This document shows, piece by piece, positions 24,748 to 32,000 of a stretch of DNA of 32,000 bases. Source of the stretch: Erysipelotrichaceae bacterium MTC7 (GTDB lineage Bacteria > Bacillota_I > Bacilli_A > Erysipelotrichales > Erysipelotrichaceae). The stretch's first letter is position 1, and each line of letters begins with the position of its first letter. The position numbers and the translations under genes were made by a program. The notes below the pieces were generated by a model. That model did not search any database. It worked only from the letters and a program-made list of their open reading frames with translations, and was not told the DNA's origin. Location: assembly GCA_001695645.1 (NCBI GenBank), contig LVZN01000016.1, positions 1 through 32,000 on the forward strand, in the 5' to 3' direction.

Positions 24748-27700
24748 ATGAATCAAGATGTATATGAAATTGCTCAACAAATTGGTGTGAGTGAAATGGA
24801 TGTTGAAGAATTTAAAGATGCGGTTTTTACAAAAAAACCGGTTTTTTATCGTGAATCAAATACATTAACAATGGAAATTCAAACAAAAGAACCTTTGCAC
24901 TTGCAAACCTATGAGCAACTTGTCAATAAATTGATTGTCCACTTTAAATGCAAAGTGGATTGTCGTATTTCTTGCCACAAACAAACAATGGGTGCAACTG
25001 CACTGAATCAATACATTCGTTTTATTGCAAGTAAGCATAAAGACCTTGAGATATTTGCCAAGTCATTTGCAAAAATTGAAGGGGAAAACATTGTCTTTTC
25101 GTATGAAAGTGCGGAAGCGCAAAATGAAGCCGCAAGTAAAATTCAACAGATGGCTAGTGAACTTGAACCTTATGGTATTTGCTTGCCACTTGTTGTAGAA
25201 GATTTTCAGGTAGATACAAACGTCGAAGTGGTTAAAGTTGATTATGATCCACTAGAGCGTCAAATCCCACAAGAAAGTGTAAAGCCAATGACGTATCAAC
25301 CACGTGTGAAAATGGAAAACTATCCATTGACACCAATTTCAGAGTTGGTTGATGGAATGGAAGAAGTGAAAATTCGCGGTGATGTTTTCTTAAGTGAAAT
25401 TCGCGAAATTTCCAATGGACGCCAAATTCGTTCGTTATACCTTGTTGATAAAGATGCGTGTATCGTTGCACAACGGTTTGAAAAAACAGCAGATGTATTG
25501 CCAGAAGATAATTTTAAAGAAGGAGATACGGTTGAAATCAGTGGAAAAGCACAATATTCACCATATTTAAAAGATGTCGTGTTTTCTGCAAATAACCGTG
25601 GACGTTCCATTGTGAAAGTACCAAAGGTAAGAAAACAAGACCATGCAACACGTAAACGGGTGGAACTTCATGCACATTCAAAATTAAGTGAAATGGATGG
25701 AGTGAGCGCAATTGGTGATTACTTAAAACAAGCCAATGCTTGGGGACATGATGCTTTTGCCATTACCGATCATAATGTTGTACAAGGATATCCAACAGCA
25801 CAACGTCTTGTGAATGGAATCAACAGTGATCGTCAAACAAAATTCAAAATGATCTATGGAATTGAGATGAGTATGATTGATGAAGAGTTAAACATTGTCT
25901 ACAATCCAAACGATCGTGAAATACACAATGCACGCTATTGTGTGTTTGACTTAGAGACAACAGGTTTATCAAGTAAATACGATCACATTATCGAATTCGG
26001 TGCACAAATCATCGAAAACAATATGCCAAAAGAAACGATGCAAATGTTTATTAAGCCACCTGTTCCAATTTCAGCGAAAATTACGGATCTTACAAACATT
26101 AGCAATCAAGAAGTTGAACATGCAAAAACCATTGAAGAAGCGATGGATGATATTCTTGCGTTTATTGGTGACAGCATCTTGGTTGCTCACAACGCAGGAT
26201 TTGACTACGGTTTCATGAATGAAGCGCTTGTGCGCATGGGAAAAGAAAAACTACAGAATCCGGTTATCGATACGTTGGATTTAGCTAAAGCACTGTTAAC
26301 GGAATCCAAACGGTTTGCATTGGGGAATGTTGCACGGCATTTTAAAATTACCTATGATGCAGATGTAGCACACCGGGCAGACTATGATGCACAAGTATTG
26401 GCAGAAGTGTTCTTACGCATGCTGCAAGAAATGAAGTCACAAAAGACCTTGCTTGATGTATGTTCATTAAACAAGGTGAGTCAAATCGGAACGATTCGTG
26501 ATAAACACATTGTTGTATTAGCGAAAAATCAAGCGGGTATTCAGGATGTTTATGAACTTGTTAGTCGTTCACATACCGATTATTTAGCTGCGGTTAGTAA
26601 AAGCAACAATAAACCAATTTGTCAGCCGCGAATTCCACGAAGTGAAATTGAAGCGAAAAAACAAGCGGGAAATATTCTTGTAGGTAGTGCTTGTCAAAAT
26701 GGTGAAGTTTTTGATGCTGCCCTAACAAAAAGTGATGATATTGTACGTGATTTGATGAAGTTTTACGATTATATTGAAGTACAACCACCAGAAAACTATA
26801 TGAACTTGGTAAATCGTGGAGCTTTGAATTCGATTAAAGAAGTAGAAATGATTGTCGCAAATATCGTTGATCTTGCAAAAGAATTGGATAAAGTCGTGGT
26901 AGCAACTGGAGATGCCCACTATGTCGAAGAAGAAAAGAAAGAAGTGCGTGATATTTTCATCAATGCGCAAGGAATTGGTGGAGTTCGTCACCCGCTATAT
27001 ATTTATAAAAAGGAAATTCGTCAATCGACATCTGCTCCAAATCAACACTTTCGTACAACCCAAGAGATGTTAAACTGCTTTGCTTTTTTAGGTGAAAATC
27101 TCGCTTATGAAATTGTTGTTGAAAACACAAATATGATTGCCGATGGCATTGAATACACATATCCTGTGAAAAAAGACCTATATCCGCCAGAAATTGAGAA
27201 TTGTGATCAAATGTTGCGAGATATTTGTTACGATACTGCACATGGCATTTATGGTGAAAACTTGCCAGAGATTGTTGAAGCTCGATTAGAAAAAGAGTTG
27301 AACAGTATTATCGGAAATGGTTTCGAGGTTGTTTATTATGTAAGTCACTTATTGGTAAAACACTCATTAGATGATGGATATTTGGTTGGTTCCAGAGGGT
27401 CTGTAGGTAGTAGTTTTGTTGCCACAATGGCAAATATTACCGAGGTAAACCCGCTTGCTCCACACTATATATGTCCTTCATGTAAGTATAGTGAGTTTGT
27501 TGATGATGCAAGTATCAACTCAGGATTTGATTTACCGGATAAAGAATGTCCGCACTGTCATACACATATGCGTGGAGATGGGCAAAATATTCCGTTTGAA
27601 ACATTCTTGGGATTTGAAGGAGATAAAGTTCCAGATATCGATTTGAACTTTTCTGGAGAATACCAAGGAAAAGCACATAAATTCTTGCAAGAATACTTTG

Positions 27701-29121
27701 GTGATGCTCATGCATATCGTGCAGGAACCATTGCGACGGTTGCAAGTAAAACGGCTTTTGGATATGTCAAAGGGTACCAAGAAGAAATGGGAAAAGAAGG
27801 AACCATGAACAATGCGCGCATGACCTATCTTGCAGAGCAATGTGATGGGGTTCGTCGTAGTACCGGGCAACACCCAGGAGGGATTATTGTATTCCCGCAA
27901 CATATGAGTGTGAATGAATTTACACCGGTGCAATTTCCTAGTAATAACCCATATGAAGATATGAAAACAACCCACCTTGATTACCATGATATTGAAGCCA
28001 ATGTTTTGAAGTTTGATATTCTTGGACACGTAGATCCGACGGCAATGAAGATATTAGAGGAAAGTAGTGGTGTTGATGTTCGAAAAATTCCAATGAACGA
28101 TCCGGATACGATGGCCATATTCTCAAAACCAGATACACTTGAAATTGATACAACCCAAAACACAGAGAAAACTGGGGCTGCTGGAATTCCTGAGTTTGGG
28201 ACAAAGTTTGTCCGGGGAATTCTAGAGGAAACAAAACCAAAGACGTTTAGTGAACTTGTTACTATTTCAGGGTTGTCTCATGGGACCGATGTTTGGTTGA
28301 ACAACGCGAAAAACTTAGTTGATGATGACAAAGCGAAGTATCGTCAAGAACTTGGACTTGATCACAAATTAACCCTACGCGATGTTATCGGGTGTCGTGA
28401 TGATATTATGGTTGATTTGATGAAAAAAGGATTGAAACCAAAGACTGCATTCACCATTATGGAAAGTGTCCGTAAAGGACGCGGATTACGTGATGAGTGG
28501 ATTGAAGATATGAAAGAAAATAATGTAGAACCGTATTACATCGATTCGTGTAAAAAAATCAAATATATGTTCCCGAAAGCCCATGCGGTAGCATATGTAA
28601 TGATGGCGGTTCGTATTGCATGGTTTAAAGTTCATAAGCCACTGCATTACTATGGGATGTTTTTCTCAATTCGTTGTGATGCTTACGATATTGATGCGAT
28701 GACCAAAGGGTTAGAAACCATCAAAGCTCGCATGAGTGACATTGATCAAAGACGCAATAACCCGGAAACAAAAAATGAGGTTAGTGCAAAAGAACATAAT
28801 GTGTATGATGCCTTGGAACTTGCCTTAGAAATGTATTTACGTGGGTTCAAAATTCAAAAGTTGGATATCAACCGTTCACCAGCGACACGATTTGTTGTAG
28901 ATGATGAACATGAAAACAGTTTACTTCCAGCTTTTACCAGTGTTGATGGACTTGGAACCAACGTTGCGATCAGTATTGTTGAAGCGCGTGAAGCGCATCC
29001 GTTCATTTCAAAAGAAGACTTATTGAACCGAACACAATTAAGTAAGACCCTTGTTGAAAAACTTGCACAACTTGGTGCACTTGAAGGCTTACAAGACGAA
29101 AACCAAATGTCTTTATTTTAA
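24748..29121 (+). CDS. polC: DNA polymerase III PolC-type (alpha subunit with intrinsic 3'-5' exonuclease)
   Basis: 1457 aa. PHP motif VELHAHSKLSEMDG, exonuclease motif CVFDLETTGLS...HNAGFDYGF, zinc module CPSCKYSEF...CPHCH, and a polymerase core. Confidence 0.97.
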   Translation: MNQDVYEIAQQIGVSEMDVEEFKDAVFTKKPVFYRESNTLTMEIQTKEPLHLQTYEQLVNKLIVHFKCKVDCRISCHKQTMGATALNQYIRFIASKHKDLEIFAKSFAKIEGENIVFSYESAEAQNEAASKIQQMASELEPYGICLPLVVEDFQVDTNVEVVKVDYDPLERQIPQESVKPMTYQPRVKMENYPLTPISELVDGMEEVKIRGDVFLSEIREISNGRQIRSLYLVDKDACIVAQRFEKTADVLPEDNFKEGDTVEISGKAQYSPYLKDVVFSANNRGRSIVKVPKVRKQDHATRKRVELHAHSKLSEMDGVSAIGDYLKQANAWGHDAFAITDHNVVQGYPTAQRLVNGINSDRQTKFKMIYGIEMSMIDEELNIVYNPNDREIHNARYCVFDLETTGLSSKYDHIIEFGAQIIENNMPKETMQMFIKPPVPISAKITDLTNISNQEVEHAKTIEEAMDDILAFIGDSILVAHNAGFDYGFMNEALVRMGKEKLQNPVIDTLDLAKALLTESKRFALGNVARHFKITYDADVAHRADYDAQVLAEVFLRMLQEMKSQKTLLDVCSLNKVSQIGTIRDKHIVVLAKNQAGIQDVYELVSRSHTDYLAAVSKSNNKPICQPRIPRSEIEAKKQAGNILVGSACQNGEVFDAALTKSDDIVRDLMKFYDYIEVQPPENYMNLVNRGALNSIKEVEMIVANIVDLAKELDKVVVATGDAHYVEEEKKEVRDIFINAQGIGGVRHPLYIYKKEIRQSTSAPNQHFRTTQEMLNCFAFLGENLAYEIVVENTNMIADGIEYTYPVKKDLYPPEIENCDQMLRDICYDTAHGIYGENLPEIVEARLEKELNSIIGNGFEVVYYVSHLLVKHSLDDGYLVGSRGSVGSSFVATMANITEVNPLAPHYICPSCKYSEFVDDASINSGFDLPDKECPHCHTHMRGDGQNIPFETFLGFEGDKVPDIDLNFSGEYQGKAHKFLQEYFGDAHAYRAGTIATVASKTAFGYVKGYQEEMGKEGTMNNARMTYLAEQCDGVRRSTGQHPGGIIVFPQHMSVNEFTPVQFPSNNPYEDMKTTHLDYHDIEANVLKFDILGHVDPTAMKILEESSGVDVRKIPMNDPDTMAIFSKPDTLEIDTTQNTEKTGAAGIPEFGTKFVRGILEETKPKTFSELVTISGLSHGTDVWLNNAKNLVDDDKAKYRQELGLDHKLTLRDVIGCRDDIMVDLMKKGLKPKTAFTIMESVRKGRGLRDEWIEDMKENNVEPYYIDSCKKIKYMFPKAHAVAYVMMAVRIAWFKVHKPLHYYGMFFSIRCDAYDIDAMTKGLETIKARMSDIDQRRNNPETKNEVSAKEHNVYDALELALEMYLRGFKIQKLDINRSPATRFVVDDEHENSLLPAFTSVDGLGTNVAISIVEAREAHPFISKEDLLNRTQLSKTLVEKLAQLGALEGLQDENQMSLF

Positions 29122-29133
29122 TAATAAAATGAG

Positions 29134-29168
29134 CACATGTAAGAATAATTTCTTGCATGTGTTTTTTT
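29134..29168 (+). terminator. rho-independent terminator
   Basis: CACATGTAAGAA (29134..29145), loop TAAT, TTCTTGCATGTG (29150..29161; one G-U pair), T7. Confidence 0.85.
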
Positions 29169-29366
29169 ATGTGAATTCGTATTGTCAAAAAAATCAGATA
29201 AAAAAATAAGTCATCACTCGTATCTAAGCAGCACGCAAGACATTTTGCTTATTTTTTGCACGCAATGAATAATCTTGGTCCAAATCACTACTTATATAAT
29301 ATATCTTTCTTTTTAACTTTTTTCATATTTTCATGTTTTGTACTATGATTTTAACCAGTTTTTCGC

Positions 29367-29372
29367 TATAAT
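29367..29372 (+). promoter_or_regulatory. -10 element of the putative dcw/mraZ promoter
   Basis: TATAAT at 29367..29372; no convincing -35. Confidence 0.4.
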
Positions 29373-29420
29373 GGTGGTAGAAAGTAGCAAAAAGTGTAGG
29401 AAAATGGAGGAAAGTGGGTG
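29371..29420 (+). promoter_or_regulatory. 10-bp-phased array of AAAGTG-like boxes (putative MraZ operator)
   Basis: Consecutive decamers atgGTGGtag, aaaGTAGcaa, aaaGTGTagg, aaaATGGagg and aaaGTGGgtg start at 29371, 29381, 29391, 29401 and 29411. Confidence 0.6.
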
Positions 29421-29425
29421 ATTAT

Positions 29426-29881
29426 ATGACTAATGTGTTAGCGCAAGCCAATTTCATCGGTGAATATGCACACAATATTGATAAAAAAGGTCGTATCATC
29501 ATTCCGGCTCGTTTTCGTGATGAATTAAGCGGTAAAATCGTTGTTGCTAAAGGATTGGATGGATGTTTAAACATTTATACACAACAACAATGGGCATTGT
29601 TAATGGAACAATTGGCAAGTTTACCTAACACAAAAAGAGAAGCACGTGTCTATCGTCGTAATATTTTGGCGAAAGCAAGTGAATGCGAAATCGATAGTCA
29701 AGGAAGAATTTTGATTCCTTCGGTTCTTGTTGAAGAAGCGAAGATAGAAAAAGAGTGTGTGATTGCCGGAGTTGGAAATCTCATTGAAATTTGGAGTAAA
29801 GAACGCTGGGATGCATTTATGGATGCACACAGTGATGACTTTGAAGAAGTTGCTGAAGGCTTAACGGAGTTCTTACAGTAA
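29426..29881 (+). CDS. mraZ: transcriptional regulator MraZ
   Basis: Two SpoVT-AbrB repeats (NIDKKGRIIIPARFR and EIDSQGRILIPSVL). The start is ambiguous. GTG 29414 is only 3 nt from GGAGG (29406..29410), and ATG 29426 is 15 nt from it. I list ATG 29426. Confidence 0.85.
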   Translation: MTNVLAQANFIGEYAHNIDKKGRIIIPARFRDELSGKIVVAKGLDGCLNIYTQQQWALLMEQLASLPNTKREARVYRRNILAKASECEIDSQGRILIPSVLVEEAKIEKECVIAGVGNLIEIWSKERWDAFMDAHSDDFEEVAEGLTEFLQ

Positions 29882-30813
29882 TGAAGCACTATTCCGTATT
29901 ATTAGAAGAATCAATCGAATACCTTGATATTAAAGAAGATGGAATTTATGTAGATGGGACTTTAGGTCGTGGAGGACATAGTAGTGAAATACTAAAACGA
30001 ATTCCTCACGGGCACCTATATGCATTTGATAAAGATGAAACTGCAATTGCAGAATCAAAGAAGCGTTTGTTAGAAGTCGGTGATAATTTCACCATCATTC
30101 ACAAAGGCTTTGAAGAATTAGAACAAGTCATTGAAGAATATAACATTCCTGGAATTGATGGATTGTTACTGGATATCGGTGTTAGTTCACCACAGTTTGA
30201 TGATGGAGAACGCGGATTTAGTTATCGCTATGATGCAAGACTGGATATGCGTATGGATCAAAGTCAAACACTCAGTGCATATGAAGTAGTTAATGACTAT
30301 TCATTTCATGACTTGATGCATGTATTTCGCAACTATGGGGAAGAGCCATTTGCTAAACAAATTGCAAGAAAAATTGAACAACGAAGAATGGAAAAACCAA
30401 TTGAAACAACATTTGAATTGGTGGATGTGATAAAAAGTGCTTTACCAAGTAAGGTGCTAAACAAAAAAGGACACCCCGCAAAAAAGGTGTTCCAAGCTTT
30501 ACGAATTGAAGTGAATAATGAGTTGGGTGCTTTAGAGAGCGTTCTAGAATCAGGGATTCAACATTTAAATGATAAAGGACGTGTGTGTGTGATTACGTTT
30601 CATTCTTTAGAAGATCGAATCGTAAAACAAATATTTCAGAAATACGCGAAGCCAGAAAAAACAGATAAACGGATACCGTTATTGCCAGAAGAGGTGAAGC
30701 AAAAACCGTATACGCTTATAACTAGAAAACCGATTGTCGCTAATAAGGAAGAATTAGACGAGAATCATCGTTCGCATAGTGCGAAATTAAGAGTACTTGG
30801 AAAGGGTAGGTAG
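29881..30813 (+). CDS. rsmH: 16S rRNA (cytosine1402-N4)-methyltransferase RsmH
   Basis: GTLGRGGHS and DIGVSSPQFD motifs. TAATG overlap with mraZ. Confidence 0.93.
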   Translation: MKHYSVLLEESIEYLDIKEDGIYVDGTLGRGGHSSEILKRIPHGHLYAFDKDETAIAESKKRLLEVGDNFTIIHKGFEELEQVIEEYNIPGIDGLLLDIGVSSPQFDDGERGFSYRYDARLDMRMDQSQTLSAYEVVNDYSFHDLMHVFRNYGEEPFAKQIARKIEQRRMEKPIETTFELVDVIKSALPSKVLNKKGHPAKKVFQALRIEVNNELGALESVLESGIQHLNDKGRVCVITFHSLEDRIVKQIFQKYAKPEKTDKRIPLLPEEVKQKPYTLITRKPIVANKEELDENHRSHSAKLRVLGKGR

Positions 30814-30817
30814 GACC

Positions 30818-31120
30818 ATGAAAATCGTAAAAAAGAATCGTAAAATCCGCATTGAGGGAATTGTATCGTTAGTATTTATTATCACGTTACTCATGTATTT
30901 TTGTTCAGTAACATTATTACACTCTCACAATGTTGTTTTGGCGTCGCAAGAGACTCGATTGGAAAAGGAAATTGGAAAAACCAAAAACGATGTGCTTAAC
31001 TTAGAATTAGAAGTTAAGAAATTAGCAAATCGTGATCGTATCATTGAAATTGCAGAAAAGCATGAATTGCGTCAAAATGAAGGTCAAATTGTATCTGTAG
31101 TTACTAACGAAAACGAATAG
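30818..31120 (+). CDS. ftsL: cell division protein FtsL-like (single TM helix + coiled coil)
   Basis: Position between rsmH and the PBP gene. Basic N-terminus, TM helix (IVSLVFIITLLMYFCSV) and a coiled-coil tail. I prefer ATG 30818 over the track TTG at 30797. Confidence 0.7.
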   Translation: MKIVKKNRKIRIEGIVSLVFIITLLMYFCSVTLLHSHNVVLASQETRLEKEIGKTKNDVLNLELEVKKLANRDRIIEIAEKHELRQNEGQIVSVVTNENE

Positions 31121-31133
31121 ATTAAGGATATAT

Positions 31134-32000
31134 ATGAAGGCAAAGAGGAAGGTACTAAATTTTAAAAAATCTGTCAAAACGACAGGTAGAATCGGAATCG
31201 TTATGGGCATTATCGTGTCACTTGTTGTCGCAAATGTCCTTTTTACTATGATTACAGGAATTCACTTACGTAGTGGAGAAAATGTATTGGCACACAAATC
31301 CGGAAGCGGGAGTTCTACTGAAACAATAGTAGCTAACCGTGGCTACATTCGTGACTATAGCGGTGAGATTATTGCACAAGATGTCGAAAGTTATGACGTA
31401 ATTGCGTATGTGGATAAAAATCGAGTAAATGCAACAAAAAAACCTGTTTATGTAGTTGATCCTGAGGATACTGCAAGAAAACTTGCAGAAGTAATTAGTC
31501 CTGAAGCAGAAGTGCAAGAAAAGGCGTATGCAGATATTCTTGCAAAGATTAAGGATGCTCAAGCAGCAGGTAGTTATCAAACAAATCTTGGTAGTTATTC
31601 ACGGAATCTTACAGCAGAGCAAAAAAAGCAAATTGAAGAACTGGAATTACCGGGATTGGATTTTGAAAAAAGTGTATCAAGAGCATATCCAACAGGTAAT
31701 TTTGCTAGTCAATTGATTGGCTATACTAATTATGATGATGATCGTAATCTTGTCGGGGTTACGGGTCTTGAGGCGGCCTTTAATGATGAGTTAACTGGTG
31801 TAAATGGGAAAGTAGTATATCAAACAGATAGTGAAAACAATCGGTTGCCAGATACACAAAAAATAGTTAAATTGGCAGAAAACGGACAAGATGTTTGGTT
31901 AACTTTCAATTATGATACACAATTAGCTATGGAAAAAGCATTGGCTGATACAATGGAAAGTAATAAGGCGAAATATGCATGGGCAATAGCAATGGATATT
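31134..32000 (+). CDS. penicillin-binding protein 2B/FtsI-like transpeptidase, N-terminal part (runs off the right edge)
   Basis: Absent from the ORF track because it is edge-truncated. ATG 31134 lies 5 nt after AAGGA. Hand translation: MKAKRKVLNFKKSVKTTGRIGIVMGIIVSLVV...ANRGYIRDYSGEIIAQD...RAYPTGNFASQLIGYT...GLEAAFNDELTG. TM anchor plus PBP dimerisation-domain motifs, open to base 32000. Confidence 0.85.
   Translation, partial: MKAKRKVLNFKKSVKTTGRIGIVMGIIVSLVVANVLFTMITGIHLRSGENVLAHKSGSGSSTETIVANRGYIRDYSGEIIAQDVESYDVIAYVDKNRVNATKKPVYVVDPEDTARKLAEVISPEAEVQEKAYADILAKIKDAQAAGSYQTNLGSYSRNLTAEQKKQIEELELPGLDFEKSVSRAYPTGNFASQLIGYTNYDDDRNLVGVTGLEAAFNDELTGVNGKVVYQTDSENNRLPDTQKIVKLAENGQDVWLTFNYDTQLAMEKALADTMESNKAKYAWAIAMDI

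Noticed and set aside
27532-28029. 165-aa minus-strand ORF (and several others between 25232 and 28240) inside polC
   Set aside because: These are antisense to a 1457-aa PolC whose domains are continuous. They have no SD and no recognisable motifs.
1-32000. Search for CRISPR arrays, IS elements, integrases, tRNA/rRNA genes and prophage or defence genes
   Set aside because: I saw no regularly spaced direct repeats, no transposase-, recombinase- or phage-like ORFs, and no tRNA-like sequences in the intergenic regions. The only large-scale repeat is the diverged paralogous gene pair described in the findings.

Overview
AT-rich chromosomal segment from a PolC-type low-GC Gram-positive bacterium (Bacillota). 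The AAAGTG-type MraZ boxes and the gene content suggest an Erysipelotrichia/Mollicutes-related lineage, but that is inference only. Apart from one edge-truncated minus-strand gene (1..416), every gene I support lies on the + strand. Left to right: a DUF1361-like membrane protein; a three-component sugar sensor (YesN-like AraC response regulator, YesM-like histidine kinase, RbsB/XylFII-like binding lipoprotein) directly upstream of an mglBAC-type galactose/glucose ABC importer; an unannotated 55-aa membrane ORF; a 129-aa protein of unknown function; a DbpA/YxiN-type DEAD-box helicase; a second, transporter-less MglB paralogue followed by a second copy of the 129-aa protein; rmuC; an unannotated 51-aa membrane ORF; a MarR regulator with a heterodimeric ABC exporter; a promoter-to-terminator small-RNA candidate; recG; rnc; a D-Ala-D-Ala carboxypeptidase; polC; and the start of the dcw cluster (mraZ, rsmH, ftsL, a truncated PBP2B/FtsI-like gene). 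I found no rRNA, tRNA, CRISPR array, transposase, integrase, phage gene or recognisable defence system, so this is mostly housekeeping DNA. The best candidate for something undescribed is the duplicated MglB-like binding protein + 129-aa protein pairing. Secondary items are two small membrane ORFs missing from the ORF track, an orphan structured sRNA candidate upstream of recG, a probably leaderless recG, a 10-bp-phased MraZ box array, a multi-site MarR operator, and an ABC exporter with one degenerate ATP site and a ~170-aa extracellular insertion. All motif, repeat and identity statements come from reading the sequence by hand; no database search was possible.
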